From positions 21,142,001 to 21,206,000 of the forward strand of contig JBHGNT010000002.1 in the NCBI GenBank assembly GCA_043228905.1: a DNA stretch of 64,000 nucleotides. The letters are read 5' to 3'. The stretch comes from Azolla caroliniana. Taxonomy: Eukaryota; Plantae; Polypodiophyta. A model generated the notes under the pieces. That model was not told where the DNA came from. It saw nothing but the letters and a program-made list of their open reading frames with translations, and ran no database searches. Position numbers and translations under genes: made by a program. This document shows positions 40,766 through 53,500 of the stretch, one piece after another (position 1 is the first letter of the stretch; the number at the start of each line of letters is the position of its first letter).

Positions 40766-42150
40766 ATCTGAACAATCACTTCCCAAAGCTATGTCATCCC
40801 CTTTAGCCCCATCCAATGAACTAGAAGAGGTTTGTGAGGTCTCATCCTCATCATCACTAGCAACCAACACATTGTCTTCATCCAATTGCAAACCAACGTC
40901 ACCGTGATTATGAGACATGCTCCTTGTTCTTCTTTGTCTCGTTGTGGGAGCTACATTTGGTATCTTCACGTTTATTATCTTGGTTATGGTTTGTCTTAGA
41001 TGGTGTGTTTTGGTCAAGGAGAAGTCATACACTAATATGTCTACATTATCCAATGTGAGAGTAGACGTCCTCAGTACATTCTTTCTTCTCCGGTTTCTGT
41101 GTGTGCCTTCGACATCCTTAACCATCTCTAAAGAGTACTTCCCAGTAAATGCATCTGGGGAAGAGGTATGATACCAATAAACCACAATGGACATAACTTG
41201 ATTGCCTTGTTCATCCTTAATCATTTCAAGAATTCTAGCAAACCAAAAGGGATGACCCAACTCATCACCCCCAGCTAATGTTGCAACCAACATACCAACT
41301 TGTAGCTCATGCAAATTGCCTTTCCATCTCGCCATTCAACATTCAACACCACCATTCAACATCCTAATCACCAGTGTACTTCTTGGTGCACTCAATATTT
41401 TTTTATTTCTCTTCCAAGCATCGCATCCAATATATCTTTTGCGCTTCAATCAAACTATCAAGAGTCAATCTTTTATCGTTGTCATACGAAATTTGTTCTG
41501 CACCATGGATTACCGCATCAGGAAAACGCAATAAAAGCCTACATCCCTCTTGTGGCTCTCATCGTGAACTAGATGAGTATTGCTCATAGAACTTCTTTTT
41601 ATGAGGAAGATGTGGTTAAAATTGATATTATTAAGCGGGACAAGAACCCTACATAGAGCCCCATCACCATCCACGCAAAAGCATTTAAAATCATAAACTT
41701 CATCCAAATGATGTACTTCTTGCTTTGTGGTATAAGCTTCAACGATCAACTTTGACAGCGTAGGAAACATGAAAGCATCACATCTCGCTAATTTCTTTGA
41801 GAACCTACTAAATGTTTGATCTTTATGATCATATGTATGACCAACTAGTAAGAAGTTGACCTTCATCTTTTTTAATATGCCCCTCTCTACTAGCATTCTT
41901 AAATAACCAAACACAGCTGAGTTTTTGTTTTCTCCGGCCGTGTTGTCTAGTTGCACGTATAGTACTAGCGGGAGAATACCTTGTCAAGTCTATAAAATTT
42001 TTTGCATGACTGTCACTGTAAGATTAGGGTTATTGTAGATATTAGGATAAGTTAGGAAGACTTGAGGCCTTATTGTTTGACGTATTACCTACTAAATGCA
42101 TTTGTAGAAGGCATTCATCTTCAATATCCTTTGGCAACCTTCGACATATT
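40766..42150 (-). pseudogene. Sola-like DDD transposase remnant
   Basis: RRLPKD...LQMHLVG...NLTVTV...VLYVQLDNTAGENKN...LVERG...FLLVGHTYDHKDQTFSRFS, with stops and frameshifts. Superfamily assignment is from motif recollection. Confidence 0.7.
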
Positions 42151-42199
42151 AAACATATTGGGTCACCGATAGAAGGCATTCATCTCTTTTTGAACATAG

Positions 42200-42892
42200 T
42201 ACGGGTGATCGAATGGTTAGTGTGGTTGAACATCTTTTTGTGGGGTACTACGATGCAATTACGAAGAAGAAGGCTTGGGCTCATGTGAATGAAAGAAATA
42301 TGTACATCTTGTGTCCAGCGGTGACAAAGAAGTTATGCCATGTATCTAGCGATAAGAGCCTGTTGGTGAACCCCTACCAAAAACCACAAAGATTAATCAA
42401 CCGCCTCATCGACCTATTTGAATTTTAGATTTGTTTTCTGGCACATGTATATAATATAAAACTTGTCACATCAATTTAGATTAACGTATAGTCTATTCTT
42501 CAGTTTGTTTGAACATGTGTAATTTCATACTACTATTAGGTACTACCACAATATGCACATTAAAGATGTTCAAGAACTCTGTTCCATTAGAGAAGGACCC
42601 TGAGCAGGTTAACATCATCAAAATGAGGATCCAAGGTATCTAGGATTGTCCTTATCAAGACCAAGAAGTTGGGGCAAAGCAGATCAATGAAATAGATATG
42701 TTCTAGATGACTTCTAGAGAACCAATGGAACCTATAGATGAAAAAGCAAGGGATCTTGTGAACTTAGAAGGTGTGTCAAAGCCCTAACATACTAAAGATT
42801 CTATTGAGCTTATTGATGAAGCCAATGAGGACAATCCTGATCAAATAGCTAATCTTGAAGAGCCTCCCTTACCGGAGTTACTATTGGATTGA
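42200..42892 (+). pseudogene. Spliced beta-class N6A/N4C DNA methyltransferase, C-terminal half
   Basis: GDRMVSVVEHLFVGYY...VNPYQKPQRLINRLIDLF, frameshift, ILDLFSGT, GT-AG intron 42447-42539, then TTTICTLKMFKNSVPLEKDPEQVNIIKMRI and an acidic tail. Matches motifs X, I and II of N6_N4_Mtase. Confidence 0.8.
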
Positions 42893-44515
42893 ATGCATAT
42901 GGCTTATTCTAAAGTTTGAACAATATTAATTGTTAATTTAAGTTTGGTGTAATATATAATTTGAGCTTATTTCTAATTTGCGAGTAACACTTATTGAACT
43001 TAGAGTTTAAGTATAATTTTTATGTGTATATGTTGGACTCTAAAGTCTACATTATCATTTGGGGTATTCACTTGATAAATTTATACTCTGTCATTTGTTC
43101 GTATGATTTGGAAGTTATTGCAACCTAGTTTATTTTTACATTAACAGTGTCATGTGTCACGTGTCAATGGAATATTTCTCTCAACATAGTAACATCTCTT
43201 AATTGTAACATTCACAAATTGCTTTAAGATTTATTATATATAAATATACACACAAAATTAGAAGAAGAAACTTATTTAGTGGGGTATGACTTTTAGATTA
43301 TGCACAATGACTAGTGATACAATTTTACTTGCATTGACTTCCATACCATACACTAGATTTGGTAAAAAGCATGGTAGACAGAATATATGCTCGATGATTT
43401 TGTTGTCATGATATTATTTAGTTCTATTTTTCGTTATGTTTCACGAAACCATGTACACATGCATCGAGACTTTTTGAAATTCTACTAAAATAAGGCATTT
43501 TTTAACATCTCACCAACATATGAAAAAGAGAATGCGACATATTAGCTGTTTCAAATGACCTGGTGTTGCTAGGTTTATTGCAACTAAAATCACGATAATT
43601 GCATGTAAATTGGCTTACCAATTTGTTGATGAGTTGTTTCATTTTTAAGGGTTACCAATAGATATTGTGAATGATCACGATTGAAAGTGTAGTAGTGACT
43701 TTTGGACGAAAATCCTTAAGAAGTTAGAAAGAACCTTGAGCATGAGATCCACATATCATCTTCAATTAGATGCACAGAAGAAATGCATGAATAAAAATTT
43801 TAATGACATGCTTGGAGCATACATTCTTGCAAAGCGAACAAAATGGGAATGTTATCTCCCAACTTTTGTGTTTGCTTATAATAGCTCCAAGCATATATCA
43901 ACGGGATCTAGTCCTTTTATATTTATGTATGTATTTGAGCCACATGCCCCTCTTGATACAAAACTTTCCAAGGGATATCCAAGATAATATTGCATATTTC
44001 TGGACATAATGTATAAAAACCTCAAGATACAATACGTTTTTATGCCAACTAGAATAGGCAACCCTGTGTATTCAGCCTTGGACATAATGTACTTCTATGT
44101 GTGCCTCAAGATTCAAAAACATTGTCTATGGGTCTATGCTAGTGTAATCACCCAGTCTTTCTTGTAAGTCATTTAAAAGAACTTAATGATTTTGGCAATA
44201 ATCTACTTAAAATCAAAATTTCCATTATGAACTTTAGTGTTATATTTATTACAAACATATGTGACGAGGACAATTTTGATCTCACCAAGCTTAGATTACA
44301 AATGTTGTTATAACTCTGTTATTGCTTATTCCACTTTGTACACTAGCAAATTTGCTTTAAACTTTGATCTTCCCCAACTTAGATTACAAATGATGTTATT
44401 ACTCTCTGTTGTTAATTATTCCACTTTGTACAATACCTTATAATATTCACCCCCTACAATTGTTTTTGCAACCTTGTCCCCTTCAACAATTAGTGATTTT
44501 GTGAGTATATTTGAT

Positions 44516-47500
44516 TCAAGCATAAATGGCATAAGGATTTGCATTCATTCTCATTTCCATGTCAATGGGATGGTGAGGATCTGGTTTTCTATTCCTTCTG
44601 CATTGATTCACTTGGAACGATAAACATCTTAACAATATTATTCCAACATACGACACGGCTATGACAATGAATAGACCCCCGTAACTATGGAGAGACATTT
44701 TTACTGTGTCAGGAGAATTTGTAATGCAGACTCCAGAACCGAGCCACTTATCCTTGATCCTTTGAAGATCTCCGTTTTGTTGTAAAGATAGAATAGAAAG
44801 TGACATATCATTAGTTAAGGATGAGTTCTTTTGAAATGCCTGCAGGCGAGGGGGGAAATCCCTTAATAGACCACATCGATTGAAGAATATCCATATGGAA
44901 GTGGCAAGTTTAAATGCGATCAAGAATACTTACAAATGCAAATCCGCCAAAGTAGCCAATGTTCGAGTCAACGATTGTGTATTTGCATCCTAGGTTGGTA
45001 AGGAAGGTTGCCAAGTAAGGTGACTCATCAATAATTGCCGACACATTACCTGACGTCAATGCATTGTCATAATCTTCTTGCGTAATCAAGTTCATGAGTC
45101 GTTCTGATGAAATGAAGAGGTTATTCTTCAAGTAATTTACTTCGAATGAACCTTCTTGACATCCAATTTTTAGATGACTTTTTTGCAAGTCTGCGAAACT
45201 TCGAATGGTAGGACGTTGTTGTTGTTGTTGCGCTATTAATATAGATGACAAGCTTGCTATATAGCTCGATGAAAATATGAGTACAAAAACTAGCCAAACT
45301 AGTGTGAATGCTCGACCTGAGTGGGTTTTGGCGTCATCCCCTGCGAAGCATTCCCTTTGTTTAGTAAAATGTGTCGAACATTTTCAAGGACAATATTAAT
45401 ATATGATATCTAAAAAATTTTGAAAATAGGTTTTCTTATATTCAACAATATTTATCCACTCATCATGTATAATCTGAATGTGTACTTACTATGAGAGAAG
45501 AAGATGGCCATGGCTGTCAACCTGGCAAGATCAATAAATAATTGATGGAATACAAATTAGAAACGATGTATTCTATTAGAATTTAGATAATAAAGACAAG
45601 ACTATAGAGATGGGTTTTGAATAATGAGGATAATGTTTGGTTAAAAACCAAACCATGGAATGAACATTTAACTAGCAAAGAGAAAGAGAAAGTTGTAATG
45701 CGTAGGTAATGCCACTACCCTTACTAACATAGATTTGATGAGGTAATAGGTCATACCAAACCATTGGGAATGTACATAGAACAATATAATCACATCTGTC
45801 ACATTATTTACCATTCCACAAATCATATAGTTTCTGCTTCCTTTAATTAAGACTTTCCAATTACCAACATTTTGGGAAGGTCAAGTGAGACAATATGTTA
45901 TTTACGTACTCAATTATATAATGAGTTCTAGGGGGGTTGTTAGGAATATGTCCCTCCTATGGGAGGAACCAACTGCTCAGGCCGAGAGCCGACAATCGAT
46001 GTCACAAAGAGCGGACAATTGAAGACAAGGACTGGCCAACTGGTCGGGCCGAGAGGCAACAATCGATGTCATAGAGAGTCAACAACAAACGATCCAAGTC
46101 GAAGACAAGACCGACTAGTCAGACCGATCGGAGGGTCGACGACAAGGCCGATTAGTCGGGCCGACTAGACAATCGACACTGGAGTCGACTACTCGATCAG
46201 TCAGTTGATTAACTGCGATTATTGTTAGTATAATAATAGAAGTGAGAGTAGTACTAAGGAACTATATTTGTAAATAACCCATAGGTGTATAAGTATAAAT
46301 ACACTTAGGGCAAAACATCGTGTGATGCATTGTAGAAAAGAAAGAATAGAATAGCGTAGAGTTCCTATAGATGTGTGTTACAGAGTGAAGAGTGAGGGTG
46401 ATAGTGAGAGTAGTACTAAGGAACTATATTTGTAAATAACCCATAATGTGTGTAAGTATAAATACACTTAGAGAAATCTCCATGATCGAAGACCAACAAA
46501 CTGGTATCAGAGCTGGAGGTGCAAGCATGGAAGCATGCGTGAGTGGCTTCCTAGGCATGATAGTTCTACACTTTTAGAACTTTGCAGATTGGAAGATAAA
46601 GATGGAAGTCCTTATCATAATCAAAGACCTATACGAGCCCATCGACAGAGCATAAATACCCCCGGGACTATTAGAGTTTGAATGGAAAGTTCTGAACAGA
46701 AAGGCGGTGGCCACCATTAGATAGTGTGTCGATGTGAGTGTCCTTCAACATGTGGTGAACGTCACAAATGCCTATGAGATGTGCCAGAACTTGTCAGGTC
46801 TATATGAGAGGAAGAATGTCATCAATGAAACATCTTTGATGAGAAAGATTGTGAGGTTGAAGTATAGGGAAAGGGAAAGCACAGTCGAGCACGTAAGCAC
46901 ATTCATGTGGTATGTAAACCAAATTGCGGCAACTAAGTTTTCCCTTGAGGATACAATGCAGGCCATTCTGTCATTGTGTAGACTACCGGACAGGTGGGAG
47001 AACCTGGTGGTGACTCTCAACACCTCATTTCAAGAAGAGAACTTGTCCCTACAAACGGTAAAGATAAGCCTCTTTAACGAGGAGACAAGAAGGAAGGACA
47101 AGGGTTTCAAATCTGACTCAACATACATGTAGAGGAAGAAATCGGCAAAGAAGTTCACAAAGAAGGGACAAGTCCTAAGCCAGATCCAAGTCTAAAAGCA
47201 AGCTAACATGCTTCTATTGTGGATAGCCTAGACACTTCCAAAAGGACTGTGAACACATGAGGAAGGACAAAGGTGTCCGTAATAATGTCGAACCCAGGAA
47301 GATTCCTGATGAAAAGGGCACATTGGTCGTAGATACAAGTGTTAAGGAGATCTTGTTCATTTGTGAACAAGCAAGCACAAATCTTGCAAGTGAAGAGTGT
47401 ACATGGGTAATCGACTCAGGTGGATCTTTCCACATAACTCCGTCGAGAGAGTGTTTCTCGACTTACATAGCTAGGGATCTTGGCTATCTAAAGATGGGAG

Positions 47501-50500
47501 ATAATCGGGAGTGCAAGATAGCGGACATAGGAAGTGTAAGCCTAATGATGTCGATAGATTATCGATTTAATCTGAGGGAAGTTCTAGATGTCCCCGATAT
47601 CAGATTGATTTGATATCGACTGGAAGGCTAGACGATGAAGGCTACAATGGTAGCTTTTGAAACGGCAAGTGGAAGTTCTATCAAGGAAACCTCATAGTGG
47701 CCCGAGCACAGAAAGAGGGCACATTGTATATGATGCATGCCGGACTGTACAAGTCGAAAGTGAACTTGGTAGCCAACTCGAGTGGAGAGTTATGGCATAA
47801 GAGGCTAGACCATATGAGTTAGAAGGGAATGCATCTACTAGCTGACCAGGAACTTCTCCCGGAAGTGAAAGGAGTACACTTGGAGAAGTGTGTCGGCTGC
47901 TTAGTCGGAAAGTAGAACAGAGCAGCATTCTACTCAAGACCACCAAGAAGAAGAGAAGTGCTCTTGGAACTAGTGCACACCAACGTGTGCTATGTGGCGG
48001 CTCCATCACATCGAGGCGGACAGTACTTCGTCACGTTCATCGATGACTACATTCGAAAATTGTGGACTTTAGTACTAAAATTGAAGGATCAAGTATTGTC
48101 GTTCTTCAAGGAGTTGCAAGCAAGGGCAAAAAGAGAGTCAAGTCAAAAGTTGAAGGAACTATATTTGTAAATAACCCATAATGTGATAGTGAGAGTAGTA
48201 CTAAGGAACTATATTTGTAAATAACCCATAATGTGTATAAGTATAAATACACTTAGAGAAAAACATAGTGTGATGCATTGTAGAATAGAAAGAATAGAAT
48301 AGCGTAGAGTTCCTATAGATGTGTGTTACAGAGTTAAGAGTGCGTGCGTGATAGTGAGAGTAGCGCCATAGTTGTGTGAGCTTAGTAACTGTGTGTTACA
48401 GAGTGAAGAGTGAGAGTGGCGCCATAGCTGTGTGAGCTTAGATGCCAAGAACCCTACATGGCGGATACACTCTATGTAGAGAGAGTGTTGTATACTATCT
48501 CCTTTGTATTCTCCATTGTATAGTGGATCTTTGTTCCCGTGGTTTGCCCCGTTTAGGGTTTCCACATTAAATTGTGTATTCTGTGCATTTGTTGTTTTTC
48601 TATTTCCGCATTATTGTGCATTTCACAATCAGATTTCCTCATAAATCTCCATGATCGAAGACCAACAAACTGGTATCAGAGCTGGAGGTGCAAGCATGGA
48701 AGCATGCGTGAGTGGCTTCCTAGGCATGATAGTTCTACACTTTTAGAACTTTGCAGATTGGAAGATAAAGATGGAAGTCCTTATCATAATCAAAGACCTA
48801 TACGAGCCCATCGACAGAGCATAAATACCCCTGGGACTATTAGAGTTTGAATGGAAAGTTCTGAACAGAAAGGCGGTGGCCACCATCAGATAGTGTGTCG
48901 ATGTGAGTTTCCTTCAACATGTGGTGAACGTCACAAATGCCTATGAGATGTGCCAGAACTTGTCAGGTCTATATGAGAGGAAGAATGTCATCAATGAAAC
49001 ATCTTTGATGAGAAAGATTGTGAGGTTGAAGTATAGGGAAAGGGAAAGCACAGTCGAGCATGTAAGCACATTCATGTGGTATGTAAACCAAATTGCGGCA
49101 ACTAAGTTTCCCCTTGAGGATACAATGCAGGCCATTCTGTCATTGTGTAGACTACCGGACAGGTGGGAGAACCTGGTGGTTACTCTCAACACCTCATTTC
49201 AAGAAGAGAACTTGTCGCTACAAACGGTAAAGATAAGCCTCTTTAACGAGGAGACAAGAAGGAAGGACAAGGGTTTCAAATCTGACTCAACATACATGTA
49301 GAGGAAGAAATTGGCAAAGAAGTCCACAAAGAAGGGACAAGTCCTAAGCCAGATCCAAGTCCAAAAGCAAGCTAACATGCTTCTATTGTGGATAGCCTAG
49401 ACACTTCCAAAAGGACTGTGAACACATGAGGAATGACAAAGGTGTCCGTAATAATGTCGAACCCAGGAAGATTCCTGATGAAAAGGGCACATTGGTCGTA
49501 GATACAAGTGTTAAGGAGATCTTGTTCATTTGTGAACAGGCAAGCACAAATCTTGCAAGTGAAGAGTGTACGTGGGTAATCGACTCAGGTGGATCTTTCC
49601 ACATAACTCCGTCGAGAGTGTGTTTCTCGACTTAGGTAGGAATCATGGCTATCTAAAGATGGGAGATAATGGGGAGTGCAAGATAGTGGACATAGGAAGT
49701 GTAAGCCTAATGATGTCGATAGATTATCGATTTAATCTGAGGGAAGTTCTAGATGTCCCCGATATCAGATTGATTTGATATTGACTGGAAGGCTAGACGA
49801 TGAAGGCTACAATGGTAGCTTTTGAAACGGCAAGTGGAAGTTCTATCGAGGAAACCTCATAGTGGCCCGAGCACAAAAAGAGGGCACATTGTATATGATG
49901 CATGCCGGACTATACAAGTCGAAAGTGAACTTGGTAGCCAACTCGAGTGGAGAGTTATGGCATAAGAGGCTAGACCATATGAGTTAGAAGGGAATGCATC
50001 TACTAGCTGACCAGGAACTTCTCCCGGAAGTGAAAGGAGTACACTTGGAGAAGTGTGTCGGCTGCTTAGTCGGAAAGTAGAACAGAGCAACATTCTACTC
50101 AAGACCACCAAGAAGAGAAGTGCTCTTGGAACTAGTGCACACCAACGTGTGCTATGTGGAGGCTCCATCACATCGAGGCGGACAGTACTTTGTCACGTTC
50201 ATCGATGACTACAGTCGAAAATTGTGGACTTTAGTACTAAAATTGAAGGATCAAGTATTGTCGTTCTTCAAGGAGTTCCAAGCAAGGGCAAAAAGAGAGT
50301 CAAGTCAGAAATTGAAGGTGGTCCGAACCGACAATAGTGGCGAATATAGAGGGCATTTCGAAGAATACTGCAAGGCCCAAAGTATTCGAATCGAATACAC
50401 AGTGCCAAAGACCCCAACAATAAACAAGCTTACAAAGAGGATGAATCAGATGATAATGGAAAGAGTAAGGAGCATGATGTTGCATGCTATGCTGGCGAAA

Positions 50501-53500
50501 ATGTACTGGACTGAGGCGATGTACACAACTGTTTATTTGATCAATAGGTCTCCCTCAATACCATTGAAAGGTGATGTCCCACATTAGCCCAAAGTCTTTG
50601 CGAAGAAAGAGAAAGAGAACCTACTATGTCAACTAAAGAAAATCTTGTATGGTTCAAAACAAGCTCCATGCCAATGGTATAAGAAGTTTAAGTCCTTCAT
50701 GTTGGAATATAGGTTCCAGAAAACACAAGTTGATCACTATGTGTACGTAAAGAGGTATGATGAAGGTTACTTCTTAATTCTCTTATTATATGTGGATGAC
50801 ATCTTGAGAGTCAGACAAGACATGAAGAGGATCTTGAGCTAAAAGAAAGCTCTAGGCAAGTTGTTTGCAATAAAAGATCTTGGACCCGCTAAACAGATTT
50901 TAGGGATGCACATAGTTTGGGACAGAACTAAGAAAGTGTTGTGGTTGTCACAAGAGAAGTATGTGACAAAGATCCTAGAAAGATTCAACATCTCGGAAGC
51001 AAAGCTAGTCGGCTCTATGTTACCGGCCAACTAAGTTGAATGTTAAGCAATGCCTAAGGGGTGAGAAAGAAAAGGTTGAGATGAGGAAAGTACGATATGC
51101 CTTAGCCGTCGGCAGTTTAATGTATGCTATGGTTTGTACGAGACCATACATAGCATTTGCTATGGGGACAATAAGCCGATATAGGAGTAATCTAGGAAGA
51201 GAACATTGGGCAACTATTAAATAAATACTCAAGTACTTGAAAGGCACCTTTGGGGTATGCCTAAGGTATGGTTGAAGGGTTTACCGACTCGGAAACATTG
51301 GGGGACACAAACTCAAGTTCATCCACTTCAGGGTACATGATGACTTATGCATGGGGAGTAATGTCATGGCAGTCACAACTTCAAAAAATATGTGGCCTTG
51401 TTGACCATAGAGGCAGAGTATATGGCAGCGGTAGAGGCCGGAAAAGAGCTGATCTGGATGAGAAATTTTCTCAGTGAGTTAGGAATGAAGCAAAGGGAGT
51501 CCTTGCTTCACTGTGATAGCCACAACCCCATACATCTAGCCAAGAACGCTATGTACCACTCCTGAACCAAGCACATATAGAGAAGGTATCACTGGTTACA
51601 GGAGAGAGTGGAAGATGGAGAGTTTACTCTTGTGAAGATCCATACTGACTAAAATGGATCCGACATGCTCACGAAGAACCTATCGATGGACAAACTCAAA
51701 GTAAGTCGACAAAGGACAGGGCTAACTAACTCCACCCATAGGAGTGAAGGGGGAGTTTGTTAGGGATATGTCCCTCCTATGGGAGGAGCCGATAGTCGAA
51801 GACAAGGAGTAGCTGACTGGTCGGGCCGGGAGACAACAGTCGATGTCAAGGAGAGTCGACAACAGAGGATCCAAGTCGAAAACTAGACCGACTAGTCGAG
51901 CCGACCGGACTGTCAACGACAAGGCCGATTAGTCGGGCGAACTGGACAGTCGACACTAGAGTCGACTAGTTGAATTGACTATTCAGTCAATCGGTTGATT
52001 ATTTTCTATTATTATTAGTATAATAATAGAAGTAAGAGTAGTAGGAACAGAGTGAAGAGTGAGAGTGAGAGTGACGCCAAGACTCTGTGCAGAGAGAGTG
52101 TTTTATATTGTCTCCTTTGTATTCTCCATTGTATACTGGATCTCTATTCCCGTGGTTTTCCCTGTTTAGGACTTCCACGTAAAACTGTGTACTCTGTGCA
52201 TTTCCTATTTTTTTGTTCCCGCATTATTGTGCATTTCATAATCGGATTTCCTCACGAATCTCAGTAATCGAAGACCAACACGTTTGTAGTTGAAGATTTG
52301 GGCAAGCATACTATTCTATTGTCATTTACTCAAGCAAAAGCTTTGTTGAAGGGTAGATGCTCCTAATGGGACAAGGATCTTCAAAGATGAGATGAGGCAA
52401 GGCGTAGTATGTTAGTTAGGTACTCAATTATATAATGCACACTAGTGAGGGCATAGTCTATAGTCCTTCAACACCCAAGTAACTCTCCGTCGAAGGTAAC
52501 TAACTTGTAATTTTAGCTACTTGATATATTTATTTTCCTAATATATTTATTGTTATGATGAACTCTACCCATGGTTCACGTCTCTAGATTTTTCTCTTCT
52601 TCAACAACACATTGTCTTCCTACATTCCTCATGATATCTATCCCCTTCATGTCTTTCAGTTTATGCTTGTAACTAATCTCCCAACCAACTATGGCTAGCA
52701 ATCAATCGTAAGATTGTTGTCTAAATAGCTCCTGGAAAACAATCTAGAGCAATTGGGTAGCAGTTACTATGAAACCCTAAACCCTATTAGGTGAGGGTTA
52801 CTTGAGAAACCTAGACGTCTATCTTTGGGTTTGGGTTAACTTCATTTTGATATAAAGCGCGATATTACACATGTACTCCCAGCCCGGACCTCGTCCAATT
52901 CCATGTTCCTAAACCGTAAACCCTAGACATCTATCTTCAAGTTTGGGTTGTCTTCTTTTTGCTATAAACACTACCTCGACAAACCCTCCACCTAAGAGAG
53001 TCTTGTATCCCTTGTCAATGTCATAGTACCTGCTATTGAAAGTTGTTCCGCACCTTGTCAATTGCCATCAATGCCATATTATGACTCGAATTTAACATAT
53101 TTATTATCAATATATACAATTAAATATTCGCATTCATATGTTGTGTGCGTTTAAATTACACACTAATATGAGGTGTTGAAAAATCTAGTTTGATACAAAC
53201 AATATGATATGAGGTGATCATGAGTTCTTACCAAAACGATTTTGAGAAGGCCTTTCCCCAACCTCCATCGTGTTCATCAGCTCGGCCACACCATTCCACG
53301 AAGAAGATCAAAGACATTGTGACAATAAATAATGCTCCAATGGTTATCCAAAGTTGCCAAGAGAAAGGGGAAATGAATGTCCAGAATGAAATATTACTCC
53401 TAGATTGAAGTGGCGCGATCATTTGAAGACTTGATCCTATATATGGCTGGGTAAAGTCTACTAACTGTAACCGGTCACTAGTGATCGTCAAATCAGCAAC

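Larger units (their letters stand above)
40766..43567. mobile_element. Internally deleted TIR DNA transposon with divergent transposase and DNA methyltransferase remnants; right TIR ends at 43567
   Basis: Reverse complement of 43530-43567 reads AACACCAGGTCATTTGAAACAGCTAAT..., matching the TIRs at 14135 and 693. Confidence 0.8.
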
